From NCBI GenBank assembly GCA_963767925.1, contig CAVYGB010000009.1, positions 192,001 through 256,000 on the forward strand: a stretch of 64,000 bases of DNA, read 5' to 3'. This document shows positions 41,401 to 55,799 of this stretch, one piece after another; the first letter of the stretch is position 1; every line of letters starts with the position of its first letter. The stretch comes from an uncultured delta proteobacterium. Lineage in GTDB: Bacteria > Myxococcota_A > Polyangia > Fen-1088. Both the position numbers and the translations under genes were made by a program. Under the pieces are notes generated by a model that was not told the DNA's origin, ran no database searches, and saw only the letters and a program-made list of their open reading frames with translations.

Positions 41401-43467
41401 GTGGAACATCGCTGGGACGACACGCAGGCGGTTGCCGGGGTGGGCGACGATCTGACGGCGCTCATCTATCTGTCGAACCTGGTGGGCGCCGACGCCGCCC
41501 TCACCCAGCCCGGCGGCGGCAACAGCTCGGTGAAGCTGCGCGAGCCCGACGCCGCCGGCCGCCTGGTCGACGTGCTGCGGGTCAAGGGCTCGGGCACCGA
41601 CCTCGCCACCATCGGCCGCGGCGGGTTCACCGGGCTGCGGATGAGCGAGCTGGCCGGCCTCGGCGACCGGGGCGAGCTGACCGACGAGGCGATGATGCGC
41701 TTCCTCCAGGCCGGGATGCTCGACGGGCGGGAGCCGGCCCCCTCGGTGGAGACGCCGCTGCACTCGGTGTTGCCCTACCGGTTCATCGTCCACACCCACG
41801 ACTTCGCCACCCAGGCGCTGACCGACACGCTTCGTCCCGAGGCGCAGGTGGCCGAGGCCCTCGCCGACGAGGTCGTGTACGTCGACTACGTCCGCCCCGG
41901 GTTCCCGCTGGCCCAGGCGGTGCTGCGCCTGGGGAAGCTGGCCGATCGCGCGCGCGGGCTGGTGCTGGGCCGCCACGGCCTCATCGCCTGGGGCGACTCG
42001 GCCCGAAACTGCTACGACAACCTGCACCGGCTCATCAACCGGGCCGAGGCCTTCGTTGGCGAGCGCAGCCGGGGCGGCCGTCCCTTCCGCAGCGCGACCG
42101 TGCCGCTGCTCCCCGAGCAACGGCAGGCCGCGGCCCGCACGGTCCTGCCGGTGCTGCGCGGCCTGCTGTCCCGGGGCGCCTCGGGGACCACCCGGCCGGT
42201 GGTCCTGCACCACGACGACTCGCCCGAGGCGCTGGCCTTCGTGGGCGACGCGCGCGCCGCCGAGCTGGCCCCCCGGGGGATGGCCACCCCCGAGCACATC
42301 CTGCGCTGCGGGCGCCTGCCCCTGCTGGTCCCCGCCGATCTCGCCGCCGCCTCGCCCGCCGAGATCGAGGGCCACCTCGCCGCCGCCCTCGACGGCTACG
42401 CCCGTGAGGCCCGGGCCACCTTCGATCGTCACAAGCCGGCGGTCGAGATGCTCGAGCCCACCCCGCGGGTGGTGCTGCTGCCCGGCCTGGGGCTGGTGAC
42501 GGCCATGAAGGACAAGGCCGGCGCGCGGGTCGGCAACCTCTGCTACCGGCACGTGGTGCGGGTGATGGAGGCGGCCGAGGCCCTGGGCGGCTTCCGCTTC
42601 CTCGACGAGGGCCAGGCCAGCGAGTTCGAGTACTGGCCGCTCGAGCTGCACAAGCTCAAGCAGCCGGGGCGCGAGCTGACCGGCCAGGTCGCCCTGGTCA
42701 CCGGCGCCGCCAGCGGCATCGGCCGGGCCATCGCCGAGCGGCTGGCCGCCGAGCAGGCCCACGTCGTCCTCACCGACGTGCGCGGCGAGGCGGTGCGCGA
42801 GGCGGCCGCCGCCATCGCCGCCACCTGCAAGGACCCCCACCGGGTGCGCGCGGTTGTCGCCGACGCCACCCGCGCCGCCGACGCCGCCGCCGCCGTGACG
42901 GAAGCCGTGCTCGCCTTCGGCGGGCTCGACATCCTGGTGGCCAACGCCGGCTTCATCGAGGCCGGGCCGATCGACACCATCAGCGAGGAGGCCTGGGACC
43001 GCCACTTCGAGGTCAACGTGAAGGGCTACTTTCTCGCCGTGCGCGAGGCGGTCAAGGTCATGAAGGCCCAGCGCAGCGGGGCCATCCTGCTGAACGCCTC
43101 GAAGGGCGCCTTCGCCCCCACCGTGGACAACGCCGCCTACGCCAGCTCCAAGGCGGCGGTGGCGGCCCTGTGCCGCAACCTCGCCGCCGAGCTCGGCCCC
43201 CACGGCATCCGGGTCAACGCCCTCAACGCCGACTTCGTCGACACCCCGCTGATGCGGGCCCTGATCGAGCAGCGGGCCGCCCACAAGGGCATCACCCCCG
43301 CCGCCCAGGAGGAGGAGTACCGCCGCCGCAACCTGCTCGGCGTGGGCCCCATCCCCAGCGCCGCCGTCGCCGAGGCGGCCCTCTTCCTGGTCTCGCCCCG
43401 CTCCCGTTACACCACCGGCGCCGCCTTCCCGATCGACGGCGGCATCAAGGAGGCCATGCCCCGCTGA
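41401..43467 (+). CDS. Bifunctional class II aldolase / short-chain dehydrogenase (rhamnulose-1-P aldolase/SDR type)
   Basis: GGGNSSVK, VKGSGTDL, PSVETPLH, HTH, FEYWPLE; TGAASGIG, ANAG, YASSK. Confidence 0.9.
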   Translation: MEHRWDDTQAVAGVGDDLTALIYLSNLVGADAALTQPGGGNSSVKLREPDAAGRLVDVLRVKGSGTDLATIGRGGFTGLRMSELAGLGDRGELTDEAMMRFLQAGMLDGREPAPSVETPLHSVLPYRFIVHTHDFATQALTDTLRPEAQVAEALADEVVYVDYVRPGFPLAQAVLRLGKLADRARGLVLGRHGLIAWGDSARNCYDNLHRLINRAEAFVGERSRGGRPFRSATVPLLPEQRQAAARTVLPVLRGLLSRGASGTTRPVVLHHDDSPEALAFVGDARAAELAPRGMATPEHILRCGRLPLLVPADLAAASPAEIEGHLAAALDGYAREARATFDRHKPAVEMLEPTPRVVLLPGLGLVTAMKDKAGARVGNLCYRHVVRVMEAAEALGGFRFLDEGQASEFEYWPLELHKLKQPGRELTGQVALVTGAASGIGRAIAERLAAEQAHVVLTDVRGEAVREAAAAIAATCKDPHRVRAVVADATRAADAAAAVTEAVLAFGGLDILVANAGFIEAGPIDTISEEAWDRHFEVNVKGYFLAVREAVKVMKAQRSGAILLNASKGAFAPTVDNAAYASSKAAVAALCRNLAAELGPHGIRVNALNADFVDTPLMRALIEQRAAHKGITPAAQEEEYRRRNLLGVGPIPSAAVAEAALFLVSPRSRYTTGAAFPIDGGIKEAMPR

Positions 43468-43487
43468 GGGCCCGCGCCCCGCTGCCC

Positions 43488-43532
43488 GTTCGCCCTCGCC
43501 CCGCGCAGCAGCGAGGGGGTGAGGGGGCTCCG
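43488..43532. repeat. Single degenerate REP-like copy between convergent genes
   Basis: GTTCGCCCTCGCCCCGCGCAGC...GGGGTGAGGGGGCTCC. Confidence 0.65.
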
Positions 43533-43558
43533 CGAACCCCGTCGGGTGTTCTCGGCCC

Positions 43559-44371
43559 TCACTTCGTGGTGATCAGCTCGTCGGAGGTGGGGTTCTCTTC
43601 GACGTAGACGTCCTTGTACTCGTCGTACAGGCCGTTGTTGTGGATCTGGATGCAGAAGGGGCCCTTGGCGCCGACCAGGGCGGGGTCCTTGAAGGCGAGC
43701 ACCTCGATCGCCTGGCAGCTCGTCTTGCCCTCGATCTCGCAGCAGGCCGCCTTGAAGGATCCCTGCGAGCCCTTCACCAGGACCTCGCAGCGGTGCCACT
43801 TCGTGTCGTCGAACTTCGGGCGCGGATCCGGCCGCTGGTACAGCGTGGGGTTCTTCTTGGGATCGCCCCCCTGGCCGGTCTGCCGGTAGTCCCAGGCCCC
43901 GCCGTGGGGCGGCTGGAGCTGCACGCCGTACAGGCCGCGCGGGAACTTCGGCGCCGCCTCGTCGGGCTTCTTGCCCAGGAAGGTGACCGAGGGACGGTGG
44001 CCCTTGCCCGGATCGGCCCCGATCTGGCGCAGCGAGAAGAACAGCCGGTAGTCGCCGAGCTCCTCGCGCGTCCACAGGTGCGACCCGGGCCCGGTGCTGG
44101 CGATGGCCCCGTTCTTCACCACGAACGACCCGGGCTTCTCCATCGCCCAGCCGTCGAGGCTCTTGCCGTCGAACAGCGACCGGCAGTTCGTGCAGGCGGC
44201 CGGCGGGGGAACGGGAGGGGCGGGCGGCCCCGGCGGCGCCGCCGGCGGTGCCACCGCGGCCGCCATGGACGCCGGCTCGTTCGATCCACCGGCGGCCCCG
44301 TGGCCGCCGCAACCGGCAAAGGACGTCAGGACGACCGCGATCGAGAGCCGCGCTGGGAAGGAGGTGGGCAT
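43559..44371 (-). CDS. DUF1080 (3-keto-disaccharide hydrolase-like) lipoprotein
   Basis: FAGC lipobox; SLFDGKSLDGW, KWHRCEV, KGPFCIQIHN, EYKDVYV; GAGGAGG RBS. Confidence 0.75.
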   Translation of the reverse strand: MPTSFPARLSIAVVLTSFAGCGGHGAAGGSNEPASMAAAVAPPAAPPGPPAPPVPPPAACTNCRSLFDGKSLDGWAMEKPGSFVVKNGAIASTGPGSHLWTREELGDYRLFFSLRQIGADPGKGHRPSVTFLGKKPDEAAPKFPRGLYGVQLQPPHGGAWDYRQTGQGGDPKKNPTLYQRPDPRPKFDDTKWHRCEVLVKGSQGSFKAACCEIEGKTSCQAIEVLAFKDPALVGAKGPFCIQIHNNGLYDEYKDVYVEENPTSDELITTK

Positions 44372-44512
44372 CGCCCTCCTCTTAACATGCCCTCGACGCC
44401 GGGCGCCCCGGCACCAGCTTGAACGAACTGTGCAAGGCGCGGGTCTGGGCAATTCGTTCAAGTGCTCCGCTCGACGCGGCCGGATCCCTGAACTTTTTTG
44501 GGCGCTGGCGCC

Positions 44513-44527
44513 TGGCACGCTGGTTGC
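44513..44527 (+). promoter_or_regulatory. sigma54 -24/-12 promoter of exporter operon
   Basis: TGGCACG-CTGG-TTGC, exact TGGCACG-N4-TTGC. Confidence 0.7.
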
Positions 44528-44540
44528 CGCCGGGAACCCC

Positions 44541-45407
44541 GTGATCCGCCCCGACCTCCGGCGACGCGGCCGGTCGCTGCTCCGCCTGCTGCTGGTCGTG
44601 CCGGTCGCGTCCATCGCCCTGTCGGGTTGCCAGCGCCGCCCGCCCGTCGAGCGGGCCGCGCTGCCCGCTGCCGCCGGGCCGGTCGCCCGCGCCACCAGCG
44701 CCGAGCCCGACCCTGGCTTCGTGGGCGTGGTTGTCGCCGGGGAGGCCGCCGAGATCGAGGCCCGCGTCGAGGGGCGCATCGAGGCGGTGTTCGTGCAGCC
44801 GGGCCAGACCGTCGTGCGCGGCGCCCCCATCGCTCGCCTCGATCACCAGGCCGCCACCCACGAGCTGGCCGCCGCCCGCGCCGCCCTGACCGACGCCTCC
44901 CGCCGCTACAGCCGGCGCCGCCGCCTGGCCCGGGTCAGCCGGGCCATCGCCGCCGAGGAGCTGGACGGCGTGCGCCGCGAGCTGCTGCAGGAGCGGGCCC
45001 GGGTCGCCCGCCTGCAGGAGGTGAAGGCCAACGCCCTCGTCACCGCCCCCTTCGACGGCACCGTCGTCTCCTGTTACCTGTCGGCCGGCGCGCTGGCTGG
45101 CCCCGGCCGCCCCATCGCCCGCCTGATGGGCCGGGCCGAGCCGCGCGTGCGCTTCGCCATCCCCGAGGAGCGCGCCGCCGCGGTCGCCCTCGGCAGCCCC
45201 GTCCACATCCGGGTGGTGCCCGGCGGGCGCACCCTCGCCGGGACCGTCTCGGGCGTCAGCCCCGAGGTCGACGCCTCCTCACGCATGATCTACGCCGCTG
45301 CCACCCTGGTCGATCCCGGCCCGCCGACCGCCGGCCTCACCACCGGCCTCGTGGCCCGGGTCTACCCCGCCGCCAGCGGGGGCCCCGTCCCCACCGCCCC
45401 TCGCTGA
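44541..45407 (+). CDS. Periplasmic adaptor / membrane fusion protein
   Basis: LSGC lipobox; IEARVEGRIEAVFVQPGQTV, VTAPFDGTV, VSPEVDASSRM. Confidence 0.8.
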   Translation: MIRPDLRRRGRSLLRLLLVVPVASIALSGCQRRPPVERAALPAAAGPVARATSAEPDPGFVGVVVAGEAAEIEARVEGRIEAVFVQPGQTVVRGAPIARLDHQAATHELAAARAALTDASRRYSRRRRLARVSRAIAAEELDGVRRELLQERARVARLQEVKANALVTAPFDGTVVSCYLSAGALAGPGRPIARLMGRAEPRVRFAIPEERAAAVALGSPVHIRVVPGGRTLAGTVSGVSPEVDASSRMIYAAATLVDPGPPTAGLTTGLVARVYPAASGGPVPTAPR

Positions 45408-45410
45408 GCC

Positions 45411-46364
45411 ATGCCCGAGCCGCACGCCGCCCCCGGTCTGTTCCGCCGCGACGCCTTGCAAGCCTTGCAGGACGGGGCCCAGGCCGGCGCCCCCCTGGCG
45501 CTGTCCCCGCGCTGGGCGACCTTCACCTACCGCTTCCTGGTCGGCGTCGCCGCCGCCGGCGTGGCCTACGTCGTGCTGGCCCAGGCCGGGGAATACGCCC
45601 AGGGCCCCGCGGTGGTGCGGGCCCAGGGCGGCCTCGATCTCGCCAGCGCCACCGGCGGGCTGGTGCTCGCGGTCGACGTGCCCGCCGGCGCGCGCGTGCA
45701 GGCCGGGCAGGTGCTCGTGCGCTTTCACGCCGATGCCGAGCGCCAGGAGATCGCCCGCCTCGACAACGAGTTCGAGCTGCAGCTCGTGCGCATCCTCCTG
45801 CACCCCGGGGAGGAGGCCACCCGCCAGTCGCTGGCCAGCCTGCGCGCCGCCCGCGGTCTGGCCAGCGCCCGCCTCGAGCAGCGCCAGCTCGTCGCGCCCC
45901 ACGCCGGCACCGTCCGCAACCTGCGCATCCGCCCCGGCCAGCACCTGGCCCCCGGCGAGCTGGCCCTCACCCTCGTCGACGAGACCGACGCCCCCTTCCG
46001 GGTGGTGGCGCTGCTGCCGGGGTCCTTCCGCCCGATGCTGCGCCCGGGCATGCCCCTGCGCTTCTCCCTCGACGGCTACCCCCAGGCCCGCAGCGAGCTG
46101 GTGGTCGACAGCGTCGGCGACGAGGCGGTGGGGCCGCAGGAGGTGCGGCGCTACCTGGGCCACGAGCTCGGCGACACCCTGGCGGTGACCGGCTCGCTGG
46201 TGCTGGTCCACGCCCACCTGCCCGAGCGCACCTTCGACTTCGAGGGGCAGCGCTACCGTTATTACGACGGGATCCCCGGGCGGGCCGACGTGCGCGTGCG
46301 GACCATGCGCCTCGTGTCGATGTTGTTCCCGGGGCTGCGCGAGCTGGTGCACCGTGGCCCCTGA
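45411..46364 (+). CDS. HlyD-family secretion protein
   Basis: LFRRDAL N-terminus, TM segment, lipoyl-like halves, LRPGMPLRF. Confidence 0.8.
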   Translation: MPEPHAAPGLFRRDALQALQDGAQAGAPLALSPRWATFTYRFLVGVAAAGVAYVVLAQAGEYAQGPAVVRAQGGLDLASATGGLVLAVDVPAGARVQAGQVLVRFHADAERQEIARLDNEFELQLVRILLHPGEEATRQSLASLRAARGLASARLEQRQLVAPHAGTVRNLRIRPGQHLAPGELALTLVDETDAPFRVVALLPGSFRPMLRPGMPLRFSLDGYPQARSELVVDSVGDEAVGPQEVRRYLGHELGDTLAVTGSLVLVHAHLPERTFDFEGQRYRYYDGIPGRADVRVRTMRLVSMLFPGLRELVHRGP

Positions 46365-48582
46365 ACGTTTCGCCGCCCTCGGCCGGCTGGGGCGGCTGGG
46401 GCGCGAGGTCCCCTTCGTCCCCCAGCTCAACGCCATGGAGTGCGGCGCCGCCTGCCTGGCCATGGTGCTCGGCTACCACGGCAAGGAGGTCAGCCTCGAG
46501 CAGGTGCGCGACAACTGCCCGGGCGGCCGCGACGGCGTGCGGGCCCGCGACCTGCTCGACGTGGGCGGCCGCTTCGGCCTGAGCGGCCGGGCGGTGAAGG
46601 CCGATCTCGACCAGCTCGCCCTGCTGCCCGCCGGCTCGACGATCTTGCACTGGCAGTTCGAGCACTTCGTCGTGCTGGCCTCGGTCGACCAGCGGGGGGT
46701 GGAGATCGTCGACCCGGCCAGCGGCCGGCGGCGCATCCCCCGGGACGAGCTGAGCCGGTCCTTCACCGGCGTGGCGCTGACCTTCACCCCCACCGATCTG
46801 TTCACCCGCGAGAAGCGGCGGGGACGGCTGGGGACGGCGCTGTGGCAGCTCGTGCGGCAGACCGGCCTGTTGCAGCGGATCTTGCTGCTGTCGCTGGTGC
46901 TGCAGCTCTTCGGGCTGGCCCTGCCGATCTTGACCGGGCAGGTGATCGACCGGGTGTTGCCCCGGGGCGACGTCGACCTGCTGGCGGTGTTGCTGGCCGG
47001 CCTGGCCATGCTTGTCGTGTTCCGCACCCTGGGCGACTTCCTGCGCGGCCACCTGCTGCTGCACCTGCGCAGCGCCGTCGACGCCCGCCTCACCCTCGGC
47101 TTTCTCGATCACCTGGTCTCGCTCCCCTACGGCTTCTTCCAGCTCCGCAGCGCCGGCGATCTCATGATGCGCCTGCACAGCAACACCCTCGTGCGCGAGC
47201 AGCTCACCGCCACCGCGCTGTCCGGCCTGCTCGACGGGGGGGCGGTCATCGTGTACCTGGCCATCCTCGCCACCGGCAACCGGGCCATGGCGGCGGTGGC
47301 CCTGGGGGCGGCGCTGGTCGAGGTCCTGGTCTTCCTGCTGGTGCGGCGGCGCCAGCGCGACCTGGCCACCGCCGTGCTCAACGTCGAGGCCCGCGCCCAG
47401 AGCTACGAGGTCGAGATGTTGACCGCCATGGAGACGCTCAAGGCCAGCGGCAGCGAGCCGCGCGCGGTGGCCCACTGGTCCAACCTCTACGTCGACCAGC
47501 TCAACCGCCAGATCGCCCGCGACCGGCTCACCATCGGCGTGAGCTCGCTGGTGGGCGCCGTGCGCCTGGCCGGGCCGCTGCTGGTGCTGGCGGTGGGCGC
47601 CGGCGAGGTCCTCGGCGGGCGGCTCACCCTCGGCGGCATGCTGGCCCTGGCGGCGGTGGCCGGCGGCTTTCTCGAGCCGCTGTCCGAGCTGGTGCAGACC
47701 CTGCTCGGCCTCGAGACGGTGCGGGCCTACCTGCACCGGGTCAACGACGTCCTGGAGGCGGAGCCCGAGCAGCCCGGCGACGGCCAGCCCCGCCGCCCGG
47801 CCCCCCGCCTGACCGGCCAGATCACCCTCGAGCGGGTCTCCTTCCGCTACGGTCCCCACGGCCCCCCCGAGCTGGAGGACGTGTCGCTGGAGATCCCGGC
47901 GGGCAAGCTGGTGGCCATCGTGGGCCCCTCCGGATCGGGCAAGACCACCCTGGCCCACCTGCTGCTGGGGCTGCACCGCCCGCTGGCCGGGCGGGTCCTG
48001 TTCGACGGGCTCGACCTCGCCACCCTCGACCTGCGCTCGCTGCGCCAGCAGATCGGGGTGGTCAACCAGAGCTTCGCCCTGTTCGGCGCCACCGTGCGCG
48101 ACAACATCAGCCTGTCGGACCCCGGCCTGCCGCTCGAGGCGATCGAGGCGGCCGCCCGCCGGGCCTGCGTGCACGAGGAGATCGCCGGCCTGCCGCTCGG
48201 GTACCAGACCCCCTTGCTCGACCGGGGCGCGGGCCTGTCGGGCGGGCAGCGGCAGCGGGTGGCCCTGGCCCGGGCCCTGGTCCAGCGCCCGGCGGTGCTG
48301 CTGCTCGACGAGGCCACCAGCGCCCTCGACGCCGTGACCGAACGCCGGGTGCACGCCTCGCTGGAGGCGCTGGCCTGCACCCGCGTCGTCATCGCCCACC
48401 GGCTCTCGACCGTGAAGCGCGCCGACCTGATCCTGGTCATGGAGCGCGGGCGCATCGTCGAGTCGGGCACCCACCGCGGCCTGGTCAATCAGGCCGGTCC
48501 CTACGCCCGCCTCGTCGCCGCCCAGCTCGCCAGCAAGGACGAGGGCGACGCCCTCTCCATCCCGCCCCTCAGCGCCCTGTGA
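46354..48582 (+). CDS. Peptidase C39-containing ABC transporter (PCAT)
   Basis: QLNAMECGAACLAM, HWQFEHFVV, VDPA triad; TM domain; GPSGSGKT, LSGGQRQR, LLDEATS. Confidence 0.92.
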   Translation: MAPERFAALGRLGRLGREVPFVPQLNAMECGAACLAMVLGYHGKEVSLEQVRDNCPGGRDGVRARDLLDVGGRFGLSGRAVKADLDQLALLPAGSTILHWQFEHFVVLASVDQRGVEIVDPASGRRRIPRDELSRSFTGVALTFTPTDLFTREKRRGRLGTALWQLVRQTGLLQRILLLSLVLQLFGLALPILTGQVIDRVLPRGDVDLLAVLLAGLAMLVVFRTLGDFLRGHLLLHLRSAVDARLTLGFLDHLVSLPYGFFQLRSAGDLMMRLHSNTLVREQLTATALSGLLDGGAVIVYLAILATGNRAMAAVALGAALVEVLVFLLVRRRQRDLATAVLNVEARAQSYEVEMLTAMETLKASGSEPRAVAHWSNLYVDQLNRQIARDRLTIGVSSLVGAVRLAGPLLVLAVGAGEVLGGRLTLGGMLALAAVAGGFLEPLSELVQTLLGLETVRAYLHRVNDVLEAEPEQPGDGQPRRPAPRLTGQITLERVSFRYGPHGPPELEDVSLEIPAGKLVAIVGPSGSGKTTLAHLLLGLHRPLAGRVLFDGLDLATLDLRSLRQQIGVVNQSFALFGATVRDNISLSDPGLPLEAIEAAARRACVHEEIAGLPLGYQTPLLDRGAGLSGGQRQRVALARALVQRPAVLLLDEATSALDAVTERRVHASLEALACTRVVIAHRLSTVKRADLILVMERGRIVESGTHRGLVNQAGPYARLVAAQLASKDEGDALSIPPLSAL

Positions 48583-48587
48583 GCCGC

Positions 48588-49163
48588 TCAGAGGCCGTCG
48601 AACAGGCCGGCCAGCAGCTCGACGACCGTGCCTGCCGCCGAGCCGATCCCCTCCAGGGCGGCGGCGCCGTCGGGCAAGAGGCTGAGCGGGTCCAGGTTCG
48701 AGACGTCCAGCCACGACCTGGAGGTCCCCCGGGCCGCGATGGGGGGGACGCCGGACGCGCCCTTCTGCCGCCGGATCGCCACCAGGGCGCCGAGCTCGCC
48801 GGCGTCGAGCCAGACCGCGCGGCAGGACCGGCAGACGTCGATGGTCAGCGCCTCGACGGTTACCCGCTCCATCGCCGCCGCGCAGGCCGCGCAGGCGATG
48901 AGCTGGCTCGCGCACTTCGAGCAGGCGCCGCCGGGCGCGAGGATGGCCCGGCAGCCGCGGCAGCGGGGCGCCGCTTTCCCCACCTGCAAGATGTGGTGGC
49001 CGAACCCGTGGGTGTGTCCCGCCTGGGCCACCGCCTCGAGCCCGGCGAAAACGCCCAGGCAGGCGCGGCACGACCAGATCGCCGCCGGGCCGCTGGTCCC
49101 GACGGGGGCCAGCCGGCCGCCGCCACACCCCGGGCAGGGCGGACGTGCCCGGGGATCAAGCAC
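48588..49163 (-). CDS. Zinc-ribbon (zf-TFIIB-like) repeat protein
   Basis: Six CxxC pairs; TIDVCRSCRAVWLDAGEL. Confidence 0.7.
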   Translation of the reverse strand: MLDPRARPPCPGCGGGRLAPVGTSGPAAIWSCRACLGVFAGLEAVAQAGHTHGFGHHILQVGKAAPRCRGCRAILAPGGACSKCASQLIACAACAAAMERVTVEALTIDVCRSCRAVWLDAGELGALVAIRRQKGASGVPPIAARGTSRSWLDVSNLDPLSLLPDGAAALEGIGSAAGTVVELLAGLFDGL

Positions 49164-49226
49164 CGTTCGCCCCCCGCGCCGCGCCCGACCGCTCCATCCT
49201 CACTACAAGGATAGCTCCCGCGGGCG

Positions 49227-49853
49227 TCAGCGCACGATGGTGGCCGACTTGACCGCGTCGAGGGCGGGGAACTCGCGCTCGAGGTAGACGTTTCCGTCGG
49301 CCTCTATCCACTCCTGGTCGGGCCCCGCGCCTTCGGGCGGTCCTTCTCCGTACCCGTTGTGGAGGCGGTCGACAACGTCCATCCCCGAGACGACCTTGCC
49401 GAACGGGGAGAAGCCGCTGGCGTCGAGGCGCTTGTTGTCGACCAGGTTGACGAAGACCTGGGTGGTGCGCGTGTCGGGCCCGGAGGTGGCGAAGCTGACG
49501 AAGCTGCGCAGGTTGGCCTGCTCGACCGGGTCGTCGGGGATGCGGGCCTCGACCCAGCGCTTGCTCACCGCCGGCTGCCCGTGGATCCCGAACTGGACCA
49601 TGAAGCCCTTGATGGCCCGGAAGAACTTCACCCCGTCGTAAAAGCCCGCCCCCACCAGGTTGTAGAAGCGATCCGCCCCGTGCGGCGCCCAGGCCCGCTG
49701 GACCTCGATGACGAAGGTGCCCTTGGTCGTGGCAAAGCGCGCCTGGAACACCGGCGGGGCCTGCGCGGTGAGCTTGCCCGGCTCGCGCAAAGGCGAGGAC
49801 GACCCCGCACAGCCGAGCGCCAGGGCCGTCAGCACCATGAGCAGCGTGCGCAT
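49227..49853 (-). CDS. Cyclophilin-type peptidyl-prolyl isomerase lipoprotein
   Basis: WAPHGADRFYNLV, FFRAIKGFMVQFG, RTTQVFVN, FSPFGKVVSGM. Confidence 0.9.
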   Translation of the reverse strand: MRTLLMVLTALALGCAGSSSPLREPGKLTAQAPPVFQARFATTKGTFVIEVQRAWAPHGADRFYNLVGAGFYDGVKFFRAIKGFMVQFGIHGQPAVSKRWVEARIPDDPVEQANLRSFVSFATSGPDTRTTQVFVNLVDNKRLDASGFSPFGKVVSGMDVVDRLHNGYGEGPPEGAGPDQEWIEADGNVYLEREFPALDAVKSATIVR

Positions 49854-50168
49854 GGCGGATACCATCGCACACCGGTCCGGCGCAGGGCCACCCCTCTCGC
49901 GTCAGGCAAGGCGCGGCTCCCGCCGGCGGCGGCCGCGCGCGCCGGCTCGGGGTACCCCCTGCCGGCGCTCGGGGACCCGCCCCCACATGCGCGGAAGCGG
50001 GCGACACCCGCTCTAGACATCCGCCGCGAGCGGCGCTCGAACCGGCCGGCGCCTCGCTCGGGACTGCCCTGGGCGCGCGCGATCGCGGTAAGATCGAGAC
50101 GGCCGCAGCGACGGTCGGTCGCCTGGGCAGCGCTTCAACATCCAGCCCGTGGGAGGGACGTGACGGAC

Positions 50169-54232
<4,064 letters not shown>

Positions 54233-54236
<4 letters not shown>

Positions 54237-54625
54237 AGCGCATCCTGCTGGTCGAGGACAACTTCGCCAACCGCATATTGATCGGCGACCACCTGCGACG
54301 GGTGGGCCACGAGGTCCGCGAGGTCGAGACCGCCGACGAGGGCATCGCCCTGGCCCTCGCCGAGCCCTTCGACCTGGTCGTCATGGACGTCCAGCTCCCC
54401 GGCACCGACGGCCTCACCGCCACCCGCCTCCTGCGCGCCAACCCGACCACGAAGACCCTCCCCATCCTCGCCGTCACCGCCCACGCGATGCGCGGCGACG
54501 AGCAACGCATCCTGGCCGCCGGCTGCAACGGCTACGCGGCCAAACCCATCGCCTACAAAGAATTCCTCGCCCAGGTCAGCCAGCTCCTGACGGCGGCGAC
54601 CCCTGCCGGCGAACCCCGCCCGTAG
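54233..54625 (+). CDS. Single-domain response regulator (DivK-like)
   Basis: ILLVEDN, MDVQLPGTDG, TAHAMRGD, KPI; ATGA overlap. Confidence 0.9.
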
Positions 54626-54748
54626 CGCCACCGCGCGCGGCGAGCACGTGCCGCCTTTTGCACGGAGACGGGGCCTGAGGATGTCGCCTCGCGTCCAGGG
54701 TAAGCAAGTATCCGAGTAGCTGTGGGGCGGTCGGGTCACTGGATTGAC

Positions 54749-55702
54749 ATGAAAATACGATCACTTCGTCAATTCCTGCCCGAGGTGCTCAAGTCGGAGT
54801 GGTCCTCGCTCCGCGGGGCGGCCGCCGTGGCGACTCTGGGCGCCGCGATGTTCGTAGTCGCCTGCGTCCCGCAAGACAGCCGGAACTCCAACCAGGGCCC
54901 GGCCCCGCTGCCCCCGGTGGTCTATCCGCCGAGCCCGCCGGCGCCGGCCCCCGCCCCGACCCCCGCGCCCCCTCCGGCGCCTGCCCCGTCCGGCGCGCCC
55001 GTGGCGCCGCCGGCCGCCCCCCCGGGCAGTCCTCCGGTCGTGGCCCCGCCCGCCGCGCCTCCGGCCCAGATCCCGAACTCGGCCGAGGTGACCCTCGTCG
55101 TGGGCGACGAGGACGAGCTCAGCCAGGGCGACGAGGAGCTGAGCGACCTGCTCGAGGATCTCGGCTTCGACGTCAACGAGGTCGCCGATGACGAGGACAG
55201 CGACGAGGCCGAGGACTCCGACCTGGTCGTGATCTCCGGCAGCGTCTCCGCCGGCCAGCTCGAGGACGAATACAGCAACTTCCCGGTCCCCGTCTTGCTG
55301 CTCGACAGCGGGCTCACCGGCGACATGGGCATGACGACCGACGGGCTCGGGGACTCCGGCCAGGACGGCGCCGAGGAGGTGGACATCACCCTCGCCAGCC
55401 ACCCGATCGCCACCGGGTTCAACGGCCGGGTCGAGGTCGTGGACGACCGCGCCCAGCTCCAGTGGGGCATCGCGCCGGCCGGCGCCCAGGTGATCGCCAG
55501 CCTCGCGGGCGACCCGGCCCGGGCCACCATCTTCGCCTTCAACCGGGGCGACCAGATGGCGAGAGGGCAGGCGCCCGAGCGCCGCGTGTCCTTCTTCGCC
55601 GGCGACGCCGCGGCGGAAGACCTGAGCGACGACGGCGAGCAGCTCTTCGAGAACGCCGCGCTCTGGGCCTGGTCCGGCCAGGTGGCCGTCCAGCCCGACT
55701 GA
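54749..55702 (+). CDS. Acidic lipoprotein with Pro-rich linker
   Basis: VVAC lipobox, PAP linker, D/E-rich globular domain. Confidence 0.6.
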   Translation: MKIRSLRQFLPEVLKSEWSSLRGAAAVATLGAAMFVVACVPQDSRNSNQGPAPLPPVVYPPSPPAPAPAPTPAPPPAPAPSGAPVAPPAAPPGSPPVVAPPAAPPAQIPNSAEVTLVVGDEDELSQGDEELSDLLEDLGFDVNEVADDEDSDEAEDSDLVVISGSVSAGQLEDEYSNFPVPVLLLDSGLTGDMGMTTDGLGDSGQDGAEEVDITLASHPIATGFNGRVEVVDDRAQLQWGIAPAGAQVIASLAGDPARATIFAFNRGDQMARGQAPERRVSFFAGDAAAEDLSDDGEQLFENAALWAWSGQVAVQPD

Positions 55703-55799
55703 CCGCCGCTCCTATCAGCGTCCGTCACCCTCCGACCGGGCCCGGCCTCGGCTTTTCAGCCAAGGTTCGGCCCGGTCGAGTTATTTTGCGCCCCAGGAC

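Noticed and set aside
48588..49163. Cys-rich ORF as PCAT substrate
   Set aside because: Convergent orientation, CxxC zinc-ribbon pattern, no double-glycine leader
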